A DNA stretch of 64,000 nucleotides from Gammaproteobacteria bacterium (GCA_965277715.1 OZ255836.1:1-64000), one strand, 5' to 3'. Positions 1 to 10,498 are shown, numbered from the stretch's first letter. Numbers and translations: made by a program. The notes: generated by a model not told the origin, from the sequence alone.

Positions 1-216
1 AACTTTCGTGGCCTGATGGTTCCTAAAGGTACGCCACAAAACGTTATCGACACCCTGGCGGCCAAAGTACCCGATATGTTGAGAGATAAGAAAGTACTCA
101 GCAATATGAAGAAAACCGGTTCGCCCGTAAAGGTAATGACCCGCGCCGAAGTACAGGCCATGTGGAAAAAACGCATCGTTTCACTGGCTTTATTACTTGA
201 AGGCCTTGAAGAGTAG
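1..216 (+). CDS. Tripartite tricarboxylate transporter substrate-binding protein (TctC/Bug), C-terminal part
   Basis: Frame is open from base 1: NFRGLMVPKGTPQNVIDTL, matching the Bug/TctC 'rGl.aPkGtP..vi..L' motif. Confidence 0.75.
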   Translation, partial: NFRGLMVPKGTPQNVIDTLAAKVPDMLRDKKVLSNMKKTGSPVKVMTRAEVQAMWKKRIVSLALLLEGLEE

Positions 217-310
217 TTAGTTATTAAACAGTAAGACCATTATTGCGGCGCCTCGCTCGGGGCGCCGTACATTCACCTCCCTCCCCGCTTGAACACGACG
301 GTTGACCAAC

Positions 311-1738
311 ATGACTGATAACGATCAGCAATCGACTGAAATCGATAATATCATTGCGCGTGCACGCGCTGCCCAGCGTAAGTACGCACGGTACACACAG
401 GCTCAGGTCGATGAAGTTGTCACTGCGGTAGGGTGGAGCATTGTAGAGGACAACAATAACCGTGAGCTGAGCGAAATGGCTGTGCATGACACAGGCCTCG
501 GTAATGTCGACGATAAATTTACTAAAAACCGCCGCAAGACAATGGGGTTATTGCGCGATCTAAACGGCGCAAAATCGGTGGGTGTTATCGCCGAATACCC
601 TGAAAAAGGTCTGGTCGAAATCGCCAAACCAGTCGGTGTGGTCGGCGCCATTGTACCCTCGACGAATCCGGCGGCGACACCAGCGAATAAAACCCTCAAT
701 GCACTTAAAGGCGGCAATGCGATGATTCTCGCGCCATCGCCAAAAGGGCAGGGTGTGTGCCAGCGGTTGATCGAAATGATGCATGTTGAGATGGATCGCA
801 TCGGGGCGCCGCGTGATTTAGTGCAGAAACTGCCATCACCGGTCAGTAAAGCGGGTACTCATCAGCTAATGCAAAATGCCGACCTGATTGTCGTCACTGG
901 GTCGCAGAATAATGTGCGTTCGGCGTATTCCAGCGGCACCCCGGCCATCGGTGTTGGCGCGGGCAACGTCGTGTCGATTGTCGATGAAACAGCTAATGTG
1001 GCCGACGCCGCGACTAAGATCGTCATCTCGAAAACCTTTGATAATGCCACCTCGTGTTCATCAGAAAACAACCTGATTATTACTGATGGAAACTATGCGG
1101 CAATGGTTGACGCGTTAGCCGCTAACGGCGCGGTTATGTTAGATGATGCCGACAAACACACACTACAGGCAGCACTATGGGAACATGGCCACCTGAACCA
1201 GGCGTTGATTGCCAAAAGGGCGGCGTATATTGCGCAACAACTCGATTTAAAAACACCGGGCAGCCAGCAGGCGCGGGTGTTGTTAGTCAGTGAAACCGGT
1301 GCGGGTGCTGGCTTTCCATTTTCCGGTGAAAAGCTGTCACCGGTATTGACGGTCTACCGTGCGGTGGATTTTGATGCAGCGTTAACACAAGCCTGCGAGA
1401 TTATGGATTATCAGGGCAAAGGGCATTCCATCAGCCTGCACAGTACTGATAATCAGCGCGCCCTGCATATGGGCTTAACCCTGCCGGTATGTCGCGTTAT
1501 CGTCAACCAGGTGCACTGTTACGCCAGCGGTGGCAGCTTTAATAATGGTTTGCCTTTTTCCCTGTCGATGGGCTGTGGCACCTGGGGAAAAAACAGCATT
1601 TCTGACAATATGAACTACCGTCACTACCTCAACACCACGCGCATTTCCCGCGAGATTGCGGTGAACGAGCCGAGCGAGGCCGATCTGTTCGGCCGTTACT
1701 GGCGGGCATACGGTGTGTCCGCTAACGGAGCACATTAG
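311..1738 (+). CDS. sauS: Acylating aldehyde dehydrogenase, probably sulfoacetaldehyde dehydrogenase
   Basis: PSTNP, TGS, GVGAGN, FDNATSCSSEN, SGEKLSPVL and SLSMGCGTWG motifs of the acylating ALDH family; directly upstream of an acyl-CoA ligase as in sauST. Confidence 0.7.
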   Translation: MTDNDQQSTEIDNIIARARAAQRKYARYTQAQVDEVVTAVGWSIVEDNNNRELSEMAVHDTGLGNVDDKFTKNRRKTMGLLRDLNGAKSVGVIAEYPEKGLVEIAKPVGVVGAIVPSTNPAATPANKTLNALKGGNAMILAPSPKGQGVCQRLIEMMHVEMDRIGAPRDLVQKLPSPVSKAGTHQLMQNADLIVVTGSQNNVRSAYSSGTPAIGVGAGNVVSIVDETANVADAATKIVISKTFDNATSCSSENNLIITDGNYAAMVDALAANGAVMLDDADKHTLQAALWEHGHLNQALIAKRAAYIAQQLDLKTPGSQQARVLLVSETGAGAGFPFSGEKLSPVLTVYRAVDFDAALTQACEIMDYQGKGHSISLHSTDNQRALHMGLTLPVCRVIVNQVHCYASGGSFNNGLPFSLSMGCGTWGKNSISDNMNYRHYLNTTRISREIAVNEPSEADLFGRYWRAYGVSANGAH

Positions 1739-1739
1739 C

Positions 1740-3275
1740 ATGAAAACTGTTCGGTCAATTATCGATAATGGTGCGGCAGCTAGCCCGGATAAAACCTTTC
1801 TGTTTGCACCCGAAACAGGCGGGCAACTTGACTGGCGCACTTTACAGTTGATCGGCAATGAATTGAACGCCCGTTTCGATGCGGCGGGTATCGGCAAAGG
1901 TGAGAAAGTGGCTTTTTTATTGGACAACGGCTATTGGAGCGCTGCCTTGTTCCTGGGCACGATGTATGCCGGACGGGTGATTGTACCGATTAATGCCGTG
2001 GCGGGTAGCAGCCAGGTTGAATACGTTCTCGATCACTCTGAAACGCGCTTTTTGATGGTATCCACCAAATACCTGGAAATGTATGCCGAAGCGATTGCTA
2101 CGGTCAATGACCGCCTCACCATTATTCAAACTTCTGCCGATGATGGCCCGGCCTGGTCATCACCTCTGCCGGGAGGTAGCGCTGCGTTGCCAGCTATTGA
2201 CTGTGAAGACACGGCCTTAATGATCTACACCTCAGGCACTACCGGGCGACCAAAGGGCGTATTGCTATCGCATAAAAACGTAATTGCCGGTGGCAGTAAT
2301 ACCGCCGGGGCGCACGGCTTGACGGCTGACGATTGTGCGCTGTGCGTCTTGCCGCTGTACCACATCAATGCAGAAATGGTATCGGTAATGGGGCCGTTGG
2401 TCAGCAATGGCAGTGTCGTTATACCGCATGGTTTCAGCGCCACTAAATTCTGGGAGTGGGTGCGTGACTACCGCTGTACCTGGATCAGCATGGTGCCCAC
2501 GATTGTTTCGTATTTAATCGATACCGAATCACGCCGGGAGGTGCCTATTGACTTTATGGGTATTCGTCAGCACCTGCGCTTTGGCCGTTCGGCATCGGCT
2601 GCGTTACCACCGGCGACACACCGGGAATTTGAAAAAGTATTCGGCGTGCCGATTATTGAGACGATGGGCATTTCTGAAGCGGCTGCGCAAATCTTTTCTA
2701 ACCCGCCAAACCCCGCCGAGTTTCGTTATGGCTCACCCGGTAAGGCCTACGGTAACGAAGGGCGTATTGTCGATGAGAATAATCAACCGGTTGCCGCCAA
2801 CGTTAAGGGCGAAATTGTGGTGCGTGGCGACAATATTATGCAAGGGTATTTTAAAAACCCCCAGGAAACCGCTAAAACCATCGACAGCGAGGGCTGGATG
2901 CACACCGGGGACATTGGTTATATCGATGAAGACGGGTATTTTTTTGTCACGGGGCGTATCAAAGAACTGATTATCAAAGGTGGGGAAAATATCGCCCCGC
3001 GTGAGATTGATGATGTGTTGTACAAACATCCGGCAGTACTTGAAGCGGCCGCTTACGGCGCCCCGTGTGAGCAGTATGGGCAGGAAGTGATGGCTTGTGT
3101 CAGTCTTAAACAGGGCAGTGAATGCCAGGCACAAGAGCTGAGTCAGTTATGTATCGATCATCTGGGACCATTCAAGGCACCTAAATCGATTTTTTTCTTA
3201 CCCGAATTGCCCAAGGGGCCGTCAGGAAAGATTCAGCGCTTGAGGTTGTCGGAGATTGTTGCGGCGGCAAGTTAA
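1740..3275 (+). CDS. AMP-dependent acyl-CoA ligase, probably sulfoacetate-CoA ligase (SauT-like)
   Basis: YTSGTTGRPKG, TGD, GRIKELIIKGGENI and PSGKIQR adenylation motifs; ATG 1 nt after the ALDH stop. Confidence 0.75.
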   Translation: MKTVRSIIDNGAAASPDKTFLFAPETGGQLDWRTLQLIGNELNARFDAAGIGKGEKVAFLLDNGYWSAALFLGTMYAGRVIVPINAVAGSSQVEYVLDHSETRFLMVSTKYLEMYAEAIATVNDRLTIIQTSADDGPAWSSPLPGGSAALPAIDCEDTALMIYTSGTTGRPKGVLLSHKNVIAGGSNTAGAHGLTADDCALCVLPLYHINAEMVSVMGPLVSNGSVVIPHGFSATKFWEWVRDYRCTWISMVPTIVSYLIDTESRREVPIDFMGIRQHLRFGRSASAALPPATHREFEKVFGVPIIETMGISEAAAQIFSNPPNPAEFRYGSPGKAYGNEGRIVDENNQPVAANVKGEIVVRGDNIMQGYFKNPQETAKTIDSEGWMHTGDIGYIDEDGYFFVTGRIKELIIKGGENIAPREIDDVLYKHPAVLEAAAYGAPCEQYGQEVMACVSLKQGSECQAQELSQLCIDHLGPFKAPKSIFFLPELPKGPSGKIQRLRLSEIVAAAS

Positions 3276-3327
3276 TACATATCAGTATCGTCGCGTTTTC
3301 GGGTTTACCCGACTTTGCAAAAATTAA

Positions 3328-3424
3328 ACCTAAATTCCGCAGTTGAATCGTAGCGAGGGCGTCTAAGGTGCAGAAGATGAAGCGCATTAGGTGGTCGCAG
3401 TAGATTCAACTGCGGAATTTAGGT
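3328..3424. mobile_element. MITE-like element with 22-bp perfect terminal inverted repeats and TAA on both sides
   Basis: ACCTAAATTCCGCAGTTGAATC ... GATTCAACTGCGGAATTTAGGT, flanked by TAA at 3325-3327 and 3425-3427. Confidence 0.7.
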
Positions 3425-3517
3425 TAAAGCACTATACAGACTCTGTATAGTTAACTGTTACACTCACAAACCTGATATAGAGTTTAGCCTCTAACTCATT
3501 TAAAGCACTGTCAAACC

Positions 3518-4381
3518 ATGCAAACAGACATTGAACATTTACCTGCGAAAAAACAAATTGAGTTAAAACAGCTTGTTACTATCATTCGCCAGCATACCGA
3601 CGATATAGAGATGGTCATATTGTTTGGTTCTTATGCTCGTGGAGAATACAAAGAAGAAAAAGATTTAAAGCCAAATCGTAAATCGGGCCATGCCTCTGAT
3701 TATGATGTTTTAGTGGTCACTAAAAACCGAAGTACCGTTGATAACAGTGAATTATGGAAAACCATTAATGATGATTGTTATGCCCAACAGTTTAGTGCTG
3801 TGCCACGTTTAATTGTGCATGATATTCAACAATTAAATATTAAACTGGCTCAAGCACATTATTTTTATACAGAAGTAACAGAAGAAGGCTGTTTTCTTTA
3901 TAACTCTGAACAGTTCACTTTAGCAGAAAAGCGTGAGTTGCTACCAGAAGAATATAAACGCCTGGCTCAGGAGAATTTTGATTCCTGGCATCAAAAAGCA
4001 AATAATTTTTACTCATACTATAAATTTGGTATGAAAAAATCGGATTTCATCGGTGCATCATTCCAGTTAAATCAAGCTACTGAGTCTGCGTATAAAACAA
4101 TTTTACTTGTATTTACCAATAATGTTCCTCATGAGCATTATTTATCATTATTGAACAATTACGCTACAAGTGAGCATGAGTCGTTTGCTGATATTTTCCC
4201 ATTAGATACTAAGGCACAGCGAGATAGGTTTAATTTATTGGACTATGCTTATATTGGTGCAAGGTATGACCCGACATTTAAGATTGGCAAAGGTGATTTA
4301 GAGCCGCTAGCTGAATGTGTCGAAAAACTCATAAAATTAACAAAGAAAATATGCGAAGAGAAAATTCAAAGTTTTGCATAA
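3518..4381 (+). CDS. Minimal nucleotidyltransferase (MNT)-HEPN fusion protein
   Basis: ILFGSYARG...SDYDVLVV MNT motif; helical C-terminal HEPN-like domain (PHEH..., YIGARY); AT-rich relative to its flanks. Confidence 0.8.
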   Translation: MQTDIEHLPAKKQIELKQLVTIIRQHTDDIEMVILFGSYARGEYKEEKDLKPNRKSGHASDYDVLVVTKNRSTVDNSELWKTINDDCYAQQFSAVPRLIVHDIQQLNIKLAQAHYFYTEVTEEGCFLYNSEQFTLAEKRELLPEEYKRLAQENFDSWHQKANNFYSYYKFGMKKSDFIGASFQLNQATESAYKTILLVFTNNVPHEHYLSLLNNYATSEHESFADIFPLDTKAQRDRFNLLDYAYIGARYDPTFKIGKGDLEPLAECVEKLIKLTKKICEEKIQSFA

Positions 4382-4490
4382 TAGTTTAGCAACAAGTATA
4401 ACAAAGCATTCCAGCGGGCTAGTCGCTTAGGAGAGGTGGGGTTACATTGTACGGTCAATCTGGCACGAGCTGTTCTGCGCGTAGCGGTTC

Positions 4491-4563
4491 GTCCAACAAA
4501 TCCATGCAGAGCGACCTCCAGAAGGTTACGCTTTCTGTCGGCGCCTGATGCGAGGTGTTAACG
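4491..4563 (+). other. Integron attC-like recombination site
   Basis: GTCCAAC, 5-nt spacer, CAT(G)CAG ... CTGATG, 6-nt spacer, GTTAAC; the L arms pair with one extrahelical base. A second half-site, GTATAACAAAGCATTCCAGCGG, starts at 4396. Confidence 0.65.
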
Positions 4564-4565
4564 CT

Positions 4566-4709
4566 ATGGGACGAGAAATCAACATCAGTGATGTTTGGAA
4601 TGAGTATCGAGGTTCTATAAAGGCGTTCTTGCACTCGAAAATATCAGATCCAAATGAAATAGATCACCTGCTTCAGGAAATTCTCATTAAACCTAAATTC
4701 CTCAGTTGA
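4566..4709 (+). pseudogene. N-terminal fragment of an ECF sigma factor (SigZ-like), truncated by a MITE
   Basis: MGREINISDVWNEYRGSIKAFLHSKISDPNEIDHLLQEILIK, then runs into MITE sequence at 4691. Confidence 0.65.
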
Positions 4710-4832
4710 ATCTACTGCGAACACCTAATACACAGAATCTAAAGCGCTTTTACCAGCATTTCAGCTTCACCTGTAGAATCACTACAGGATGGCTAAAATG
4801 CGGGTAAAAACACTTCATCTTCAGCACCTTTA
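4691..4832. mobile_element. Second, longer but one-ended copy of the 3328-3424 MITE family
   Basis: Starts TAA|ACCTAAATTCCTCAGTTGAATCTACTGCG and aligns to the reverse complement of the first copy with an extra internal hairpin; the second IR is missing. Confidence 0.6.
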
Positions 4833-4868
4833 TGGGTAAACTCGTTTTGAGATCGTTCACCATAACTA

Positions 4869-5609
4869 TCATTCCAACAATACAGCGCCTTTCCAGGTGA
4901 TTAATTCAGTTTTTTCTGGCGTACAAATTAAAATTTCTGCTGATTCCTTCCATTCACCCAGCACAAACCGGGTGACCGTTTTACCGTCAAGGTTAAATGG
5001 ATGGGTATCAGGCCGGTGTGTATGCCCATGAATAAGCCGTGTAACGCGGTGAGTACGCATCAGTGTTTCGACACTGTGCTGATTGACATCCATTATTGTT
5101 TCACGCTTGCCAGCAATTGCCCTTTGGCTGTCTGCACGCAGGTTGGCAACAATATTCAAGCGGTCATCAATCGGTGTTTGCAAAAAATTGGTCTGCCATA
5201 CTGGCTGGCGTACCTGGGCGCGAAAGCGTTGATAATCAATATCATCTGTGCACAGTGTATCACCGTGCATTAACAGGCTGGGTACACCATATAGGTCGAT
5301 ACAAACGGTATCTTCGGTGATTAATTCAATATTGTAGCGTGATGCAAATAACGGCGTGATAAGAAAATCCCGGTTTCCATGCATTAATTTAACTGCTGTG
5401 CCCCGCGAATTTAATGCCGCCAGCGCGTCAAATACCGCATGTAGCGTTGGCTGACAATAATCATCGCCAACCCAGTACTCGACAAAATCGCCGAGTATGT
5501 ACAGGGTGTCAAAATCACTGGCAAAATCATTGATTAAACTGAGCGCCAATTGGATTGTTTCCGAGCGGCTTTCATCCAAGTGTAAATCAGAAATAAACAG
5601 TGTTGCCAT
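4869..5609 (-). CDS. lpxH: UDP-2,3-diacylglucosamine diphosphatase
   Basis: FISDLHL, GD, HGNRDF, HGD and HGHTH metallophosphoesterase motifs; ppiB-lpxH/cysS synteny. Confidence 0.95.
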   Translation of the reverse strand: MATLFISDLHLDESRSETIQLALSLINDFASDFDTLYILGDFVEYWVGDDYCQPTLHAVFDALAALNSRGTAVKLMHGNRDFLITPLFASRYNIELITEDTVCIDLYGVPSLLMHGDTLCTDDIDYQRFRAQVRQPVWQTNFLQTPIDDRLNIVANLRADSQRAIAGKRETIMDVNQHSVETLMRTHRVTRLIHGHTHRPDTHPFNLDGKTVTRFVLGEWKESAEILICTPEKTELITWKGAVLLE

Positions 5610-5626
5610 TGACCTAAATAATGTAT

Positions 5627-6121
5627 TTAGCTGTCAATCTCAATGGATTCAATCACAACCGCTTCCATCGGCACATCCTGGTGCATACCGTTTGAACCGG
5701 TAGCCACCTGGCTAATTGCCATAACGACATCCATGCCTTGCGAGACCTTGGCAAACACGCAGTATCCCCAGCCATTTTGAGTGGGTGCGGTGTAGTTGAG
5801 GAAATCATTGTCATTGACGTTGATAAAAAACTGTGACGATGCAGAGTCCGGGTCAGGCGTGCGGGCCATAGCCAGTGTACCACGCGTATTTTTCAAGCCG
5901 TTGTCAGCCTCATTTTTGATCTCTGCGTGTGTGGTTTTTTGCTCCATTTCTGCGGTAAAACCGCCGCCCTGAATCATAAAGCCAGGGATAACCCGGTGAA
6001 AAACAGTGCCCTCATAAAAGCCACTATTAAGATACGCTTCAAAATTGGCACAGGTAATAGGGGCATTTTCCCTATCCAGCTCAATCGCAAAGGCGCCGTG
6101 GTTTGTATTCATCGTAATCAT
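5627..6121 (-). CDS. ppiB: Cyclophilin-type peptidyl-prolyl isomerase, cytoplasmic
   Basis: FHRVIPGFMIQGGG, AMART, SQFFIN and GYCVF motifs. Confidence 0.92.
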   Translation of the reverse strand: MITMNTNHGAFAIELDRENAPITCANFEAYLNSGFYEGTVFHRVIPGFMIQGGGFTAEMEQKTTHAEIKNEADNGLKNTRGTLAMARTPDPDSASSQFFINVNDNDFLNYTAPTQNGWGYCVFAKVSQGMDVVMAISQVATGSNGMHQDVPMEAVVIESIEIDS

Positions 6122-6164
6122 TTTTTGCTCTCGTTGATTTTGGTGTTCTGTAGGATCAGGGTAT

Positions 6165-6752
6165 TCAGGGCGTCACACGTGACGCTTTTTTTATAATAAT
6201 ATCGTCAACCGGAACATCACTGGGTAAAGGGCCTTTTGCTGATGTGGGCACGGTGCTAATTTCCTCTATTACCTCGGTGCCCTCGACGATTTTGCCAAAT
6301 ACCGCATAACCCCACCCGTTCCCAGAGGGTGACTTATGATCGAGAAAAGCATTGTCTTCGGTATTGATAAAAAACTGGGCAGTTGCTGAGTGTGGTTTCT
6401 GGGTGCGCGCCATAGCGATGCTAAAGCGGTAATTTTTCAAGCCGTTGGTCGCCTCATTTTTAATGGGTTGGCGCGTGGTCTTGCGTTGTAATTGCTGATC
6501 AAAGCCGCCGCCTTGCACCATAAAGCCGTCAATTACCCGGTGAAAGAGTGTGCCATCATAGAAACCATCATCGACATATTGCAGAAAATTGGCGACGGTT
6601 ATCGGTGCGCGATCAGCATCCAGCTGAATGACAATTTTTCCAGCGCTGGTATCCAGTTCGACCTGTGGTTGGTCGGCATAGACGACAACTGAAAAGAACA
6701 GCGCAAATAAAACAGCCGATAATGTGCCTAAACGGGCGGGACGGTAACGCAT
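6165..6752 (-). CDS. ppiA: Cyclophilin-type peptidyl-prolyl isomerase with signal peptide
   Basis: Signal peptide plus FHRVIDGFMVQGGG, AMART, QFFIN and GYAVFG motifs. Confidence 0.8.
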   Translation of the reverse strand: MRYRPARLGTLSAVLFALFFSVVVYADQPQVELDTSAGKIVIQLDADRAPITVANFLQYVDDGFYDGTLFHRVIDGFMVQGGGFDQQLQRKTTRQPIKNEATNGLKNYRFSIAMARTQKPHSATAQFFINTEDNAFLDHKSPSGNGWGYAVFGKIVEGTEVIEEISTVPTSAKGPLPSDVPVDDIIIKKASRVTP

Positions 6753-6925
6753 GCGAATAACCTGTCTGAATAAAATTCCGGGGATTTTAGCGGGTTTCCT
6801 GTAGTGTTGAAAGTTACATGCAAGCGCCTATGCCTATCAGGTATAATTTTGCGCTTGCAAACCGCTGAACGACACACTCCAGGCAAAGCGGCCTTACTTT
6901 ATTCAACCACAACCCCCGGTATTTC

Positions 6926-8314
6926 ATGCTACATATCTACAATACACTGACGCGCCAAAAAGAACAGTTTGTACCTATCGACTCTAAAAATGTCCGCATG
7001 TATGTTTGTGGAATGACGGTTTACGATTATTGTCACCTCGGCCACGCACGTGTACTAATTGTATTTGATGCCGTTTATCGACACCTGAAGCGCATGGGCT
7101 ACGCGGTCACTTATGTGCGCAATGTGACTGATATTGATGACAAAATTATTCAACGTGCAGTTGAAAATGACGAGGATTTTCGCCAGCTTACACAGCGGTT
7201 TACGGCAGCGATGCACGAGGATTGCCAGCATTTGTCGGTATTGCCACCCGATGTGGAGCCATTGGCCACCGAAACCATCGACGAAATTATTGCAATGGTC
7301 AATACGCTCATTGACAAGGGGCACGCTTACGCTGCAAGCAATGGCGATGTCTATTACTCGGTAGAATCGTTTGCCGGTTATGGCGCGCTTTCCGGTAATC
7401 AATTGAGTGAGCTGCGTGCCGGTGAACGCGTTGCTATCGATGAATATAAACGCGATCCACTCGATTTTGTCTTGTGGAAAGCAGCCAAGCAGGGTGAACC
7501 ATTCTGGCCGTCCCCCTGGGGTAATGGCAGACCGGGTTGGCATATCGAGTGCTCGGCCATGTCGACACGGCACTTGGGTAATCACTTTGATATTCACGGT
7601 GGCGGCAAGGATTTACAGTTTCCACACCACGAGTGTGAAATTGCGCAGAGTGAGGCGGCAACGGGTGAAAAGTTTGCTAACTACTGGATGCACAACGGCT
7701 TTGTCCGTATCGATGACGAAAAAATGTCGAAATCACTGGGCAATTTTTTCACTATCCGCGATGTGATGCGTGCCTACCGGGGCGAGGAAGTTCGCCTGTT
7801 TATGTTATCCAGCCACTACCGCAGCCCGTTGAATTACTCCACCGCACAACTCGATAGCGCCAGAGCGGGGCTGAACCGCTTGTATACAGCGCTTCGCAAT
7901 ACCAATCAGGGTGTAAAGGATAGTATTGACAGTCGCTATGAGTCGCGCTTTATCGATGTAATGGATGATGACTTTAATACCGCTGAAGCGGTTGCTGTAC
8001 TGTTTGAGCTGGCCAGGGAGATTAATATTCACCACGAAAAGGGCGATTTGGCACGGGCGCAGATTTTGGCTGCCAGTTTGAAACAATTAGGCGGGCGGCT
8101 CGGTTTGTTACAGGCTGAGCCGGAAGCCTGGTTGCGCGGGAATGTTGGCGATTCTGATATCGACCCCCAGCAGATAGAGGAAATGATTGTTGCACGCAAC
8201 TTTGCGCGCCAAAAAAAGGACTGGGCTGAGAGTGACCGTATACGTGATGCACTCAAATCACACGGGGTCGTTCTGGAAGATAAAGCGGAGGCAACAAGCT
8301 GGCGACAAGGGTAA
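6926..8314 (+). CDS. cysS: Cysteine--tRNA ligase
   Basis: [28 protein letters not shown] and KMSKS motifs. Confidence 0.98.
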   Translation: MLHIYNTLTRQKEQFVPIDSKNVRMYVCGMTVYDYCHLGHARVLIVFDAVYRHLKRMGYAVTYVRNVTDIDDKIIQRAVENDEDFRQLTQRFTAAMHEDCQHLSVLPPDVEPLATETIDEIIAMVNTLIDKGHAYAASNGDVYYSVESFAGYGALSGNQLSELRAGERVAIDEYKRDPLDFVLWKAAKQGEPFWPSPWGNGRPGWHIECSAMSTRHLGNHFDIHGGGKDLQFPHHECEIAQSEAATGEKFANYWMHNGFVRIDDEKMSKSLGNFFTIRDVMRAYRGEEVRLFMLSSHYRSPLNYSTAQLDSARAGLNRLYTALRNTNQGVKDSIDSRYESRFIDVMDDDFNTAEAVAVLFELAREINIHHEKGDLARAQILAASLKQLGGRLGLLQAEPEAWLRGNVGDSDIDPQQIEEMIVARNFARQKKDWAESDRIRDALKSHGVVLEDKAEATSWRQG

Positions 8315-8481
8315 ATGTTGCCGGATAGTACCCCCGGCTGAACGTACTGGACTGGCTGTTTTGGTGATGCTGATTCTATAAGGTTGGTTTGAAAAGCCAA
8401 CACAACGTCAAATAACGCTATCACTGTTCAGATTTTGGAGTAGAGTATTACGTTCTTAAAACTCAAATGAGAGGAAAGAGA

Positions 8482-8916
8482 ATGCCTGACAAAATTCTAG
8501 TCGCTCTGGACGGTAGCGAAGGCGGTAAACGCGCTTTGGGTTCTGCTGTTGCACACGCGAAGCTCACCAAATCAGATCTTGTATTGACGTATGTTATCGA
8601 TTGGTCACCCTATAGTTTCCACACCCCGGAGGAATTGGCCGAGCGGCACCAACGCCGTGAATCTGAAATTCAACGTGCAAACGACTCTGTACTTCACCCC
8701 GAAGTATCTGCACTCACAGGCTCCGGTCTGTCTGTGGAAACGGTGGTGCGCCATGGGAAAATTGCCGAGACACTGATAGCCCTCGCGGGAGAATACGGTG
8801 TCTCTCAAATATACATTGGCAAGCTCGGTGAATCGCGTGTGCACTCCATGATTTTTGGTAGTGTGACTGCCGCCTTAGTACAAACATCGTCAGTACCCGT
8901 AACTGTCGTGCCATAA
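8482..8916 (+). CDS. Universal stress protein
   Basis: KILVALDGS...FGSVT...PVTVVP Usp pattern. Confidence 0.9.
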   Translation: MPDKILVALDGSEGGKRALGSAVAHAKLTKSDLVLTYVIDWSPYSFHTPEELAERHQRRESEIQRANDSVLHPEVSALTGSGLSVETVVRHGKIAETLIALAGEYGVSQIYIGKLGESRVHSMIFGSVTAALVQTSSVPVTVVP

Positions 8917-8974
8917 CAGCCCGGTGAATAATTTTGACTCAAGCCTAATGGTTTAATTTGAGGAGGAGCACACA

Positions 8975-10474
8975 ATGATTCGTTTTTTTTCAGTATTTGG
9001 TTTAATGATTGCCTGCATGGCGAATGCTTACGCAGGTATTGATGAAGCAATTAATTCAGCGACAGCGCCAATCGCGACACTCATTGGCCAAATCGTGTTT
9101 TTCAAAATCCCCGTGTTTGGTGCACAACTGCCCGTCGTGGTTTTATGGTTAGTGGTGGGGGCAGTATTTTTCACCTTCTATATGGGGTTTATCAATATTC
9201 GTGGTTTTAAACACGCTATTGCCCTGGTGCGCGGTGACTATTCAGACCCGAATAGCCACGGTGAGGTTTCGCACTTTCAGGCGTTGGCAACCGCTATCTC
9301 GGGAACAGTCGGGATTGGTAATATTGGTGGGGTTGCCGTTGCGGTAACCGTTGGTGGTGCGGGGGCTACATTTTGGCTGATCGTGGCAGGTTTCCTCGGC
9401 ATGTCGACAAAATTTGTCGAATGTACCCTGGGTGTCAAGTACCGCAGTGAATTTGACGACGGCCACGTTTCTGGTGGACCAATGTACTACCTCAGAAAAG
9501 GCTTTTCTGAGCGTGGTATGGAAGGGTTCGGCAAGTTTATGGGTACCTTTTACGCCGTGGGTATTTTTATTGGCGCCCTTGGTATCGGTAATATGTTCCA
9601 GTCGAATCAAGCGTATGTGCAACTGAATAATGTTTCGGGTGGCGCGCTGGATGGGTTGGGTTGGTTGGTCGGGTTGATTCTGGCCGGGGTTGTATTTTTG
9701 GTGATTGTGGGTGGAATTAAATCCATTGCACGGGTGACTGAAAAAGTGGTTCCCTTTATGGCTATTTTCTACTGCCTGTTTGCCGTTATTGTTATTTTGA
9801 TGAATATTGGCAGTATTCCCCAGGCGATTGCGAATATATTCACGGGCGCTTTTACCGGTGAAGGCGTTGCCGGTGGTGCGTTGGGTGCGATGATTATCGG
9901 CTTTCAACGTGCAGTGTTCTCAAATGAGGCGGGTATTGGTTCGGCTTCAATCGCTCACGCCGCCGTTAAAACCGACGAGCCTGTCACCGAGGGTGTTGTG
10001 TCTTTACTCGAACCTTTTATTGATACCATCGTGATTTGTACTATTACTGCTTTGGTTATCGGTACGGCTCAGGTCGCCGATCCCAATTTTGCCGGTGGTG
10101 CACAAGGTGTCGCGATGACTTCGGCCGCATTTGAGCGCGAGTTTTCCTGGTTCCCCATTCCGCTGGCTTTTGCGGCGTTGTTGTTTGCGTTTTCGACGAT
10201 GATTTCGTGGTCTTATTACGGTTTAAAAGGCTGGACTTATTTATTCGGCGAGGGTCTCACGGGGCAAACTGTTTATAAAATAGTGTTCTGCGCATTTGTC
10301 GCGTTGGGTTGTGTTGTGCAGCTTGGCCCGATTCTGGATATATCTGATGCACTGGTATTTCTGATTTGTGTACCGAATATATTGGGCCTGTATTTCCTTG
10401 CTCCCATTGTAAAGAGAGAAATGGAATCTTATTTTGCCAGAGTGCAAAGCGGTGAAATAAAGAAATACAAATAG
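8975..10474 (+). CDS. Alanine/glycine:cation symporter (AGCS family)
   Basis: GTVGIGNIGGVA, GGPMYY, FSNEAGIGS and FIDTIVICT motifs; many transmembrane segments. Confidence 0.92.
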   Translation: MIRFFSVFGLMIACMANAYAGIDEAINSATAPIATLIGQIVFFKIPVFGAQLPVVVLWLVVGAVFFTFYMGFINIRGFKHAIALVRGDYSDPNSHGEVSHFQALATAISGTVGIGNIGGVAVAVTVGGAGATFWLIVAGFLGMSTKFVECTLGVKYRSEFDDGHVSGGPMYYLRKGFSERGMEGFGKFMGTFYAVGIFIGALGIGNMFQSNQAYVQLNNVSGGALDGLGWLVGLILAGVVFLVIVGGIKSIARVTEKVVPFMAIFYCLFAVIVILMNIGSIPQAIANIFTGAFTGEGVAGGALGAMIIGFQRAVFSNEAGIGSASIAHAAVKTDEPVTEGVVSLLEPFIDTIVICTITALVIGTAQVADPNFAGGAQGVAMTSAAFEREFSWFPIPLAFAALLFAFSTMISWSYYGLKGWTYLFGEGLTGQTVYKIVFCAFVALGCVVQLGPILDISDALVFLICVPNILGLYFLAPIVKREMESYFARVQSGEIKKYK

Positions 10475-10498
10475 TACAGAAGGTAAGGTAATTTAAGT

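Noticed and set aside
245-267. GC-rich hairpin between the tctC-like gene and sauS as a terminator or riboswitch
   Set aside because: No U-tract and no recognisable aptamer
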